This document shows positions 49,335 through 57,822 of a stretch of DNA of 64,000 nt, in pieces (within the stretch, counting starts at the first letter, position 1; each line of letters begins with the position of its first letter). Source of the stretch: a virus (taxonomy: Duplodnaviria > Heunggongvirae > Uroviricota > Caudoviricetes); IMG/VR virus record IMGVR_UViG_3300032007_004072, positions 74,223-138,222 of that record; one strand, given 5' to 3'. The position numbers and the translations under genes were made by a program. Below the pieces are notes generated by a model. That model worked only from the letters and a program-made list of their open reading frames with translations, searched no databases and had not been told where the DNA came from.

Positions 49335-49412
49335 ATGGATTTACACATTCCATTAAATAGCTGATAGTATCGACTCCCATAAAATCCCTATTCGATACTA
49401 TTAGCTATTTTT
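49335..49412 (+). ncRNA. candidate sRNA-8 (18-bp stem, C-rich loop)
   Basis: TTGACA 49301-17-TAATAT; stem 49356-73/49392-409, loop CTCCCATAAAATCCCTAT, T-run. Confidence 0.65.
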
Positions 49413-49475
49413 ACTTGACATTACTTTTATATTGTGGTATACTTATAGTATCAAAACAAAAGGAGAGATTAAACA

Positions 49476-49760
49476 ATGATAGAAATTAAACCTTGGTATT
49501 CAATATTAAATAGTGATGCACCTGCAACATATAAAGATATGAAGGGAATATCTATCGGTTATGATGTATATTTAGCATTTAAAGATACTGCTTACTATTA
49601 TGAAGATATAACAAAAGAATCTTTTTACGAAATAATAGATGATAAATTTATAGAAAAATCTTCATTACCACAGAAATTAAAAGGTAAATACTCATACTAC
49701 TATACAATTAAAGATAAAGAATTTATAACTGCATATAAAAAACATCCTAAAGACTATTGA
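49476..49760 (+). CDS. hypothetical protein
   Basis: Cassette promoter plus AAAGGAG RBS. Confidence 0.68.
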   Translation: MIEIKPWYSILNSDAPATYKDMKGISIGYDVYLAFKDTAYYYEDITKESFYEIIDDKFIEKSSLPQKLKGKYSYYYTIKDKEFITAYKKHPKDY

Positions 49761-49831
49761 CAATACTTTTAGAATATGATAATATATAAGCATAAAGAAA
49801 ATACTTCGACTTAAAGAAAGGAAGATTTATT

Positions 49832-50086
49832 ATGACTTACAGTAATGCTACACAGGAATATAAGAAAGCATGTTTCAGCTATTATTTTAATCTTAATTTA
49901 CCTAAAGATGAAGAAGGAAAAGTAAATGACAATGTAAACTATTATTTAGGCATTAAAGAATTCCTTGAAAAGAACTTTAGAGACATTACCAACAATGAAG
50001 ACAATAGCGTATATGAAAGATGGGAAGAATATAGGCAAGAAGCAAAACAACAAGCAAAAGAACTCTTAAAAGTACATAGATTGTAA
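49832..50086 (+). CDS. hypothetical protein
   Basis: Cassette promoter, RBS, terminator. Confidence 0.68.
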   Translation: MTYSNATQEYKKACFSYYFNLNLPKDEEGKVNDNVNYYLGIKEFLEKNFRDITNNEDNSVYERWEEYRQEAKQQAKELLKVHRL

Positions 50087-50215
50087 ACAATAAAGGGCTG
50101 AAAAAGCCCTTTTTATCTTAAAAAATAAAAATTAATGCTTGACAATATAACGATATCATGTTATACTTTTAATATAAGATAAATACTTCAATAAGAGAAG
50201 AAGGAGAGATTAACA

Positions 50216-50464
50216 ATGAAAAAAGAATTTGCATTAAATTTCTACAATGGGGAATATGAAAAGGCTTCCAATCTTGTAGAGATGGAAAAACAGAATCTTA
50301 TCCGTAACATGGAATCTATGCTTGAAGAAATAAAAAAAGATGGATTTGTAAATAGTTATAAATGGGAAAAAATACAAAAATCATATGAAGAATATCAAAG
50401 ATATAGAAAAGAAAGTACACATAGTATTGAAATCTATAATATTATTAAAACCTTAGAAGATTAA
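50216..50464 (+). CDS. hypothetical protein
   Basis: Cassette promoter, RBS, GCAGG terminator. Confidence 0.68.
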   Translation: MKKEFALNFYNGEYEKASNLVEMEKQNLIRNMESMLEEIKKDGFVNSYKWEKIQKSYEEYQRYRKESTHSIEIYNIIKTLED

Positions 50465-50606
50465 AAGAAAGCAGGGAAGAAATTCCCTGTTTTTTATTGC
50501 TTAATATTATTGTCAAACTTTCAGACAACTTAAATAAAAATAGGTATTGACAATAAAACAGTATTTTGCTATAATAATAGTAACAAAAGGAAAGGAGAGA
50601 TAAACA

Positions 50607-50813
50607 ATGACTAATTCTGAGAACTTAGCATATTTAGTATATAAAGATGTACAGGAGATACTTGTAAAAAATAAACATAATAACAATACATATTTAGCAG
50701 GAATTTCATTAGCAGGAAATAACATAGAATTATACAGTATAGTAGATAATAGCGGTGAAGGAGACTTAATAATTTCTATCAAAGATTTTGATACTAATTA
50801 TGAATTTATTTAA
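50607..50813 (+). CDS. hypothetical protein
   Basis: Cassette promoter and RBS. Confidence 0.65.
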   Translation: MTNSENLAYLVYKDVQEILVKNKHNNNTYLAGISLAGNNIELYSIVDNSGEGDLIISIKDFDTNYEFI

Positions 50814-50896
50814 AAATACCTATTGACAATAAAACAATACTATGGTAAGATATAAGCATAAAGAAAATAACTCGAATTAAAGAGAGGAAGATTAAA

Positions 50897-51208
50897 ATGA
50901 CTAATGAAGAAAAATGGGCGAATACACTTGAAAAACTGCATGATATTGAACCTGCCCCATTTAACCCTAATTACAATGAAGAACATTCAAAAGTAGCAGA
51001 ACTTCAATCAAAATTTATGTATAAAATTAGAAAAGAACTGTCAGAAATAGAAACAAATGACAATGAGGAAATACTAAATAAAATAGAAGATTTATGTTAT
51101 GTTTATACCTGCGCTATTCATAATATGTATGGTTATAGTATTGAAAATGGTAAGATTAAACATACAACAGAAAGAGGTCAAAAACTAGCTGACATTTTTA
51201 ATAATTGA
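50897..51208 (+). CDS. hypothetical protein
   Basis: Cassette promoter, RBS, GCAGG terminator. Confidence 0.68.
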   Translation: MTNEEKWANTLEKLHDIEPAPFNPNYNEEHSKVAELQSKFMYKIRKELSEIETNDNEEILNKIEDLCYVYTCAIHNMYGYSIENGKIKHTTERGQKLADIFNN

Positions 51209-51378
51209 TACATAGGCAGGGAATATTCCCTGTCTTTTTAGTCTGTAAATTGTAAGAAAATTCTATTTAAATGACAATTTAATGGTAGCTATTCTCAATA
51301 AAAATATCATAATTTGCTATTGACATTATTTTTAGTATGTGCTATACTATAATCAAGATAAGAAAAGGAGAGATAAAA

Positions 51379-51459
51379 ATGTTAGACGTATTAGTATTAG
51401 CTATTGGCTATACCATTGTTTTTACAAGTTTCAAACATATTTTTACAAAAAAGTATTGA
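51379..51459 (+). CDS. 26-aa single-TM peptide (not in track)
   Basis: Own promoter, AAAGGAG RBS; MLDVLVLAIGYTIVFTSFKHIFTKKY. Confidence 0.6.
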   Translation: MLDVLVLAIGYTIVFTSFKHIFTKKY

Positions 51460-51529
51460 CAAGCTAAATGCTATATGCTATAATAAGTACAGAAAGTTGA
51501 TTAAGAACTAAAAGAAAGGTTGATGTAAA

Positions 51530-51931
51530 ATGGATACTTTGAAAAACTTTGTTATTGACGCTATGATTGATGAACTTAGTGCAATGGAAGATAGAGAAAT
51601 CTATGGAGCAGACCTCGGTTATGAGATTTTTAGTGAAGCAAATTGTAATGGTAGTTATACCTGTAATGCACTTGAAGCAGAAAATTTTATTAAGGAATAC
51701 TTTTCAGATTTTGGGGAAGTAGTAGAGGATATCAAATTTAATTTAGGTGCAGAGAATATTCCTAATCCATTTACAGAAAGTGAGCGTTTCCAAGTTGTTA
51801 TTATGCTTGAAATGAGTTCTTCACTTGTTGCACAAGTATCTATTGTAGATGAAAATTGGAACAATGAGTTTATGCTTACTAAAGAAGTAATCGAAAAAAT
51901 CACAAAAGAACTTGAAGAAATGAAAGACTAA
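51530..51931 (+). CDS. acidic protein, DNA-mimic candidate
   Basis: D/E-rich; N.NGSYTCN..EA..FI.EY. Confidence 0.68.
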   Translation: MDTLKNFVIDAMIDELSAMEDREIYGADLGYEIFSEANCNGSYTCNALEAENFIKEYFSDFGEVVEDIKFNLGAENIPNPFTESERFQVVIMLEMSSSLVAQVSIVDENWNNEFMLTKEVIEKITKELEEMKD

Positions 51932-52129
51932 AATATATAAATAGGTCGTGGGTCGCTTGTTACGACTCACGGCTTATTATTTTGTAAAGAATTCAGAAAA
52001 TTCTATTAGTGTGAAAACTCCATATATTCAGCAAAATTATTATCATAAATTTTTAATAAATCTATTGACATAATAACAATACTATGCTATACTATATACA
52101 GGTTAAGAGATAGAAAGGATTGATTAACA

Positions 52130-52336
52130 ATGACTAATTACGAAAGACTTTTAGAACTTGAAAAACAGGACAATACAGAGATTTTAGCAAAAGATAATTA
52201 TGGTAATGAATATGTTATTAACAGTACAGTAAAAGGAGAAGTGGCGTTATTTCATGTAAACTATGCAGATGGTTCTAAGGATAAGCTAATTAGTAAAGAG
52301 GATTTTAATAGTAATTATACAATAATTTCCTATTGA
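52130..52336 (+). CDS. hypothetical protein
   Basis: Cassette promoter 52065/52088. Confidence 0.65.
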   Translation: MTNYERLLELEKQDNTEILAKDNYGNEYVINSTVKGEVALFHVNYADGSKDKLISKEDFNSNYTIISY

Positions 52337-52391
52337 CAATATAACGACAATATGTTACAATAAGTATAGTTAAAAGAGAGGAGAGATAAAT

Positions 52392-52613
52392 ATGCGTTAT
52401 GCTATTTATAGAACAATGGATAAAAGTAAAAAGAATCATGTTATTCTTAGTCATGATGATATTAAAGATATGTATTATGTAACCTATAAACTTTATGATA
52501 AGAGCGAAGTATTTGAATATACTCATTATAACCATGCTTGTTATAAGTTTGATACTATTCATAAAACTTTTAAGGAACTTTTTCCAAAAACACTCTTGAC
52601 AAATGTTAAATAA
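52392..52613 (+). CDS. hypothetical protein
   Basis: Cassette promoter; GAGAGGAG RBS. Confidence 0.62.
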   Translation: MRYAIYRTMDKSKKNHVILSHDDIKDMYYVTYKLYDKSEVFEYTHYNHACYKFDTIHKTFKELFPKTLLTNVK

Positions 52614-52670
52614 TCTGTTATATTATAGGTATAGTAAATAACTCGATTAAAAGAGAAGGAGAGATTAACA

Positions 52671-52937
52671 ATGAAAACTTATATGGTAAATGAGCTTGAT
52701 GTTTGGAAAGATATTGAAGGTTATACAATCAATGACGTAATGAGAGATTGTGCAAAGATTGAACTTGAAAATCCATACAATGTAAGGGAAGTATTAAAGA
52801 AATTAAGAGAACACTATAATTTACAAAATGGCAAGTATACAACAAACATTAAAGAATTTTGTGACCCAGCAGTATTTGAAGTTATCAATAGAAAAACAGG
52901 TGAATATGTATTGCAATTAGAACTTGTAAAAGAATAA
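52671..52937 (+). CDS. hypothetical protein
   Basis: LDVW.D.EG.Y..ND motif; GCAGG terminator. Confidence 0.7.
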   Translation: MKTYMVNELDVWKDIEGYTINDVMRDCAKIELENPYNVREVLKKLREHYNLQNGKYTTNIKEFCDPAVFEVINRKTGEYVLQLELVKE

Positions 52938-53113
52938 AGGAATAAGGCAGGGAAACCTGTCTTATTTTAATGTTTTAAATAGTTAGAAAATTATGGTTTT
53001 CAGACACTTTATTTCTAAAAGGAAAAATAAATTTCAAAAACCTATTGACATTATTATTGTTATATGCTACAATTACATTGTAAGGTTGATTAAGAGTTAA
53101 AAGAAAGGGTTGG

Positions 53114-53506
53114 TTGGTTATGAAAATTCATGTTAAGTATGTATATGTAAATGGTGTAAGTTTCTTTGCTTGTGCAGGTGGTGGTTATTATGTACATACA
53201 CCATTTTCAATGGTAGAGTATTCCAAAGGAGATAAAAAGATTTATTATATGGGGCTGAAACAGACCACAAAAGATGAATGTAACAAAAAATACTTAGAAT
53301 TAAAACATGATTGTAAACATATAAAAGGCAAGAAGTTTGAACGAGAAATAACAGAATATGATATAACAATGGAAGAATTAGAAAAGCAACTCATGAAAGG
53401 CTATGATGAATATACATGTTACATAGATGATTATAATCAAGAACAAGAAGCAATTAAGCATAATAAAGCTATATTAGCTAAAATAGAAGCAATTAAAGAA
53501 TTGTAA
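53114..53506 (+). CDS. hypothetical protein
   Basis: Cassette promoter 53045/53068; conserved leader. Confidence 0.68.
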   Translation: MVMKIHVKYVYVNGVSFFACAGGGYYVHTPFSMVEYSKGDKKIYYMGLKQTTKDECNKKYLELKHDCKHIKGKKFEREITEYDITMEELEKQLMKGYDEYTCYIDDYNQEQEAIKHNKAILAKIEAIKEL

Positions 53507-53676
53507 GAATAGGGCAGGAGAAATCCTGCTCTTTATTAGTTTGAAAAGTTTTCAGAAAATTGTGGTTTTCAGACACTTTCAACGACCATAAAAAATATTT
53601 CAAAAACCTATTGACATAATTAGTGCTATATCTTATAATATAGTTGTAAGGTTGATTGAGAGAAAGGTTGATACTT

Positions 53677-54159
53677 ATGAAGTGTTACAAGTTGTTTAGA
53701 TTAAAGGATAATCAGTTATATCCACTGTATGTATTAGCTAATGAGCCTATTCCTGTAGGTGTATGGCTTGAAGCTAAAGAAGGAATAAAAGCAAGTGACG
53801 GGAAACATGTAAAGTCAAGATTAGGTAATCTTTCATATCGTCCAGGATTCCATTGCTCTGATTATCCTGTAGCGACCCATATCGGAAGTAAGAAGAATAA
53901 AACAGACATTAAACCTAGTTTTAGACCTAAAAATCAAGTTTGGGCTGAGTGTGAGATTAAAACAGATATACACTATACAGACTACAAATCATTAAGGGAA
54001 GTACCTAAAAATGGTTATTATAGGTTCAAAACAAATGCTAACATGTATGGTAATTGGTTGATTGCAGGAAATATGAAAGTAAACAGAATACTAACAGATA
54101 AAGAAGTGTATGAAATCAATAGTAAAACAGGAGTACACGATTTACCAAGAGAAGAATAA
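53677..54159 (+). CDS. conserved hypothetical phage protein
   Basis: YKLFR...LYPLYV...RPGFH...VWAECE...GYYRFKTN; start ATG 53677. Confidence 0.72.
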   Translation: MKCYKLFRLKDNQLYPLYVLANEPIPVGVWLEAKEGIKASDGKHVKSRLGNLSYRPGFHCSDYPVATHIGSKKNKTDIKPSFRPKNQVWAECEIKTDIHYTDYKSLREVPKNGYYRFKTNANMYGNWLIAGNMKVNRILTDKEVYEINSKTGVHDLPREE

Positions 54160-54332
54160 GAAATAAGAGCAGGGTAAGACCTGCTCTTTATTGATTTATA
54201 AAAATTCAGAAAATTGTGGTTTTCTGACACTTCTTTTAATACTTGCAAAAATAAAATAAAAAATGTTACATATAACTATTGACATATAATATTAGTTATG
54301 GTATACTAAATACAGAAAGTGAGTTGATAACA

Positions 54333-54593
54333 ATGTTTGAAAAGATATGTAAATGTTGTGGTAAACCATTTACTACAGACAATAACAGAAAAAGACTCTG
54401 TAATACTTGCAAGGAACACAATAGAGAAAAACACGCTAAAGAGTATTGTGTTAGATACAGTAAAGAGAAAAAATGGGTTATATCTATTGATAAAGAAGAT
54501 AATAAAATGCTTGAAAAAATTTCTTCTACTACAGGTATGAGTAAAACTAAAATTATTCATGTATTGCTTGAAAATTTTATGGAAAATATTTGA
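54333..54593 (+). CDS. zinc-ribbon plus RHH-like protein
   Basis: CKCCGKPF...LCNTC then ISIDKED..ML.......GMSKTKII..LL. Confidence 0.72.
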   Translation: MFEKICKCCGKPFTTDNNRKRLCNTCKEHNREKHAKEYCVRYSKEKKWVISIDKEDNKMLEKISSTTGMSKTKIIHVLLENFMENI

Positions 54594-54673
54594 AAAACCT
54601 ATTGACATTATTCTATAAAGTGTTTATAATATAAGTATAGTAAGTTATGAGTTAAAAGAAAGGATTGATTAAA

Positions 54674-54964
54674 ATGGCTAGTGTAAAAGTATATCCTAAT
54701 TGGAGAGGAATTAAAGGTATTCGTTATGTTTACAATGGTAGTTGGTCAGATTGGAATTTAATATACAAATCTTATGTATTTACAGGGAAAGACATAGAAG
54801 ACGCATTATGGGAAAACTTTTTAGAAGATACAAACCATAAAGACAATGAAGCAGGTAATGAAGAAGTAGAAAAAGAATTTAATATGTACTTAGAAGAAAA
54901 TGCAAAACCCTATTTAGATGATTGTATTTGGGGAAAATGCTATTTAGGTAAATTTAAGTATTGA
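54674..54964 (+). CDS. WRGI-motif protein
   Basis: Paralog of 31608..31901. Confidence 0.75.
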   Translation: MASVKVYPNWRGIKGIRYVYNGSWSDWNLIYKSYVFTGKDIEDALWENFLEDTNHKDNEAGNEEVEKEFNMYLEENAKPYLDDCIWGKCYLGKFKY

Positions 54965-55147
54965 ATATGCAGGCAGGGAGAAATCCCTGTCTTTTATTAG
55001 TGTTTAATTGTCTGTTTTCAAGAATTATCTGTCAATTTCCATAAAAATATTTTTATGAAATTACTAATTTGTTATTGACATTATTTTATATGTATGTTAA
55101 AATAAGTATGTAAGTTGAAGTTGATTAATAGTTAAAAGAAAGGTTGA

Positions 55148-55483
55148 TTGATTATGTTTACTGTATGTGTAGAAAATTGGATTAACGAAAAGGAATTAGT
55201 AGTAAAGTGTGAAAGCAAGGAACAAGCAGAAAATGCACTTAAAATCATTGTGAATAACTTTTTAGAGGATTTTCTTATTGATAGTACTATGGAAGAATTT
55301 AATAAAGGTTTTGGGGAATATGATAGTATTATCAAAGAAGGAAAATTTATTATCCCCTATGAAGCTACTATGTATATTGACAATATGTTACCACAGGAAG
55401 TAGAAAAATTAGATAAAACACCTAATAATTTAGGTGGTTGTATGGTTATGACTTATAAGAAGTTTGTAGAAGAAAATATGTGA
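55148..55483 (+). CDS. acidic hypothetical protein
   Basis: Cassette promoter, conserved leader, terminator. Confidence 0.65.
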   Translation: MIMFTVCVENWINEKELVVKCESKEQAENALKIIVNNFLEDFLIDSTMEEFNKGFGEYDSIIKEGKFIIPYEATMYIDNMLPQEVEKLDKTPNNLGGCMVMTYKKFVEENM

Positions 55484-55655
55484 TAATAGAGAGCAAGGCA
55501 GGGAAGTCTTGCTCTTTATTGGTTTATATTATTTTCAGAAAATTGTGGTTTTCAGACACTTTCAATGTGTGCAGAAAAGACAGGTGTAATTTTTTTCTTG
55601 ACTTTTTGATTTTTATGTGATATACTAAAGTAAAAATCAAAGAGAGGCGGTAATT

Positions 55656-56426
55656 TTGGCAAATTTAATTGAATTCAATGGAAAAATAGCGTGTGTAACT
55701 GAACATTGTAAGGATTTAGGGATAAGTCCTAATACTTTATGGACAAGAAAACATAGAACAGGAGAATCAGATTTAGAATGTTTAAAATATTACCAAGAAA
55801 ATGGAGTAAAATCTGTAATTAGAGCTAGACCTAAACATAGGCATAGCTATAAAATAAAAGATAAAAGATTGTATAGTAAATGGTATAGTACAAAAGAAAA
55901 ATGTGAAAATCCTAAACATACTGCCTATCCCCGTTATGGTGCAAAGGGAATTAAAGTTTGTGAGCGTTGGCAAAATTATGAAAATTTTGAGAACGATTTA
56001 CTTGAGTCCTTTCTTAAACATATTGAAGAATATGGGATAAAAAATACAACATTAGACAGGTATCCAGACAAAGAAGGGAATTATGAACCTAATAATGTAC
56101 GTTGGGCAACAATGAAAGAACAACAAAATAATAAAACAAATAATAGAATGATTACCAAAGAATTAAATGTGACACAATTTGCTGAAAAATATAATATTCC
56201 TTATAGTGTTGTATTAGCAAGATTAAATGCTGGATGGTCAATAGAAAGGATTATAAATACACCTATAAAAAAATCTAAATACTATTTACCTTGTGGGGTA
56301 TCATTAAGACACCACTGCCTAAAGAACAATTATGTTTATACAGCAATAATAAACTATATCAAACAATATAATTTAACACCAGATAAAGCACTTGCTAAAT
56401 ACTTGAAAGAAATAAAAAATGAATAA
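55656..56426 (+). CDS. HNH-like endonuclease with HTH repeats
   Basis: RLYSKWY...YGAKGIKVCERW..TLDRYPDKEGNYEPNNVRWAT..EQ.NN; TTG start. Confidence 0.85.
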   Translation: MANLIEFNGKIACVTEHCKDLGISPNTLWTRKHRTGESDLECLKYYQENGVKSVIRARPKHRHSYKIKDKRLYSKWYSTKEKCENPKHTAYPRYGAKGIKVCERWQNYENFENDLLESFLKHIEEYGIKNTTLDRYPDKEGNYEPNNVRWATMKEQQNNKTNNRMITKELNVTQFAEKYNIPYSVVLARLNAGWSIERIINTPIKKSKYYLPCGVSLRHHCLKNNYVYTAIINYIKQYNLTPDKALAKYLKEIKNE

Positions 56427-56592
56427 ATTTAATTTAGGGCAATTTAATTTTGCCCTGTTATTTTGTTAGGAAATTTTCAGAAAATTTAAAAGATAAATAA
56501 AATTCTGTTTGTCGAACTTCTTTTTCTAATTTCAAAATAACCACAACTAAATTTTTACTTGACAAGCTAACAATACAATGTTATAATATAGT

Positions 56593-56683
56593 TACAGGTT
56601 AAGATAAAACCTGTTAAAACCTTTTTATAAACTCAATTAACTTACAGCATTGCAGGCAAGAATAAAATTCTTGTCTGTTTTGC
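56593..56683 (+). ncRNA. candidate sRNA-9, antisense to early-gene leader
   Basis: TTGACA 56559-17-TATAAT; ACAGGTT/AACCTGT stem; AACCTTTTTATAAACTCAATTAACTTACA; terminator. Confidence 0.68.
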
Positions 56684-56771
56684 TATATTTATAAAAAACC
56701 TATTGACATAACTCTTATTATTTGTTATACTATATATAGAGTTAAGGAGTTAAAGAAAGGAAGTTGTTATT

Positions 56772-57050
56772 ATGATTATTAACTTGTTAGATTTGGCTAT
56801 TAAGTCACAAGAACCTATGGAAAAGAAAAAAGAATACATAGAGGGTGTAAAGTTTGCCATGGACTGTATTAAGTCTAATAAAACATACAATGGTAACTAC
56901 CTTGAGTGTATACAGTACTTAAATAACAAAGTACAGTTAGCAACAATTAACATGTGCCATGACGATAATAAAATGCTATATTGTGGTTGTATTGCTCTAT
57001 ATTCTTCTATGATTGAAACACTCATTATTAAAATACAGGATAATGAATAA
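56772..57050 (+). CDS. hypothetical protein
   Basis: Cassette promoter, leader, terminator. Confidence 0.65.
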   Translation: MIINLLDLAIKSQEPMEKKKEYIEGVKFAMDCIKSNKTYNGNYLECIQYLNNKVQLATINMCHDDNKMLYCGCIALYSSMIETLIIKIQDNE

Positions 57051-57266
57051 AAGCAAGGCGGGAGAAATCCTGCCTTTTTAACTTTTATATATAAATTGAG
57101 TGTTAAATTGAATCTTGTGAATTGCGTGAAAATTCTCATTGTATGACGATTTAAGCATTAAAACGGTAAAAATAAAATAAAAAAAGTTGTAAATAACTAT
57201 TGACTTTATTTTTTAGATATGGTATTATATATACAGGTTAAGAGATAAGTCAATTAAGAAAGGAAG

Positions 57267-57656
57267 TTGTTAAAAATGACTAAGTATGAAATTATTAAAA
57301 ATTGGATGATGAATGAAGCTAGTGATGATGATTTGATTCAGATTGTTAATGAAGTAAACTCATATAACGGAAATCTTGAAGAATATTGCTGTTATGAAGT
57401 TGAAATGCTCAACGAATTCTATTGTGATACAAAGCCCACTGACCTGTTGCAGAAATTAGCAAGTGATTTTGATATTAACACTGATTATATTAAATTCTCT
57501 ATTTATGGCGTAGAATCTACTACATTAGAGGATATGGTAGACGAAATTAAAAACTATGCAGAAGATATTGCAGAAGCTATTGAGGATGTACTTGACGATA
57601 TTTATTTACCCTCCGAACTTGAAGAAGCATTAGAAGAAGCAGAAGAAGAAGAATAA
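57267..57656 (+). CDS. very acidic protein with poly-Glu tail, DNA-mimic candidate
   Basis: 37 D/E in 129 aa; ends LEEALEEAEEEE. Confidence 0.7.
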   Translation: MLKMTKYEIIKNWMMNEASDDDLIQIVNEVNSYNGNLEEYCCYEVEMLNEFYCDTKPTDLLQKLASDFDINTDYIKFSIYGVESTTLEDMVDEIKNYAEDIAEAIEDVLDDIYLPSELEEALEEAEEEE

Positions 57657-57822
57657 AAAATAAAGGCAGGATTTATTCCTGCTTTTTATTGTTTTGAAAA
57701 GATTTCAGAAAATTCTGATTGTGTGACTTCTTTTCCTTGTGGAAAGTACTTTTGTAAAAATCTACTTGACTTTTTGACTTATTTATGATAGGATAAAAGA
57801 AAACTATGAGGAGGACTTAAAT

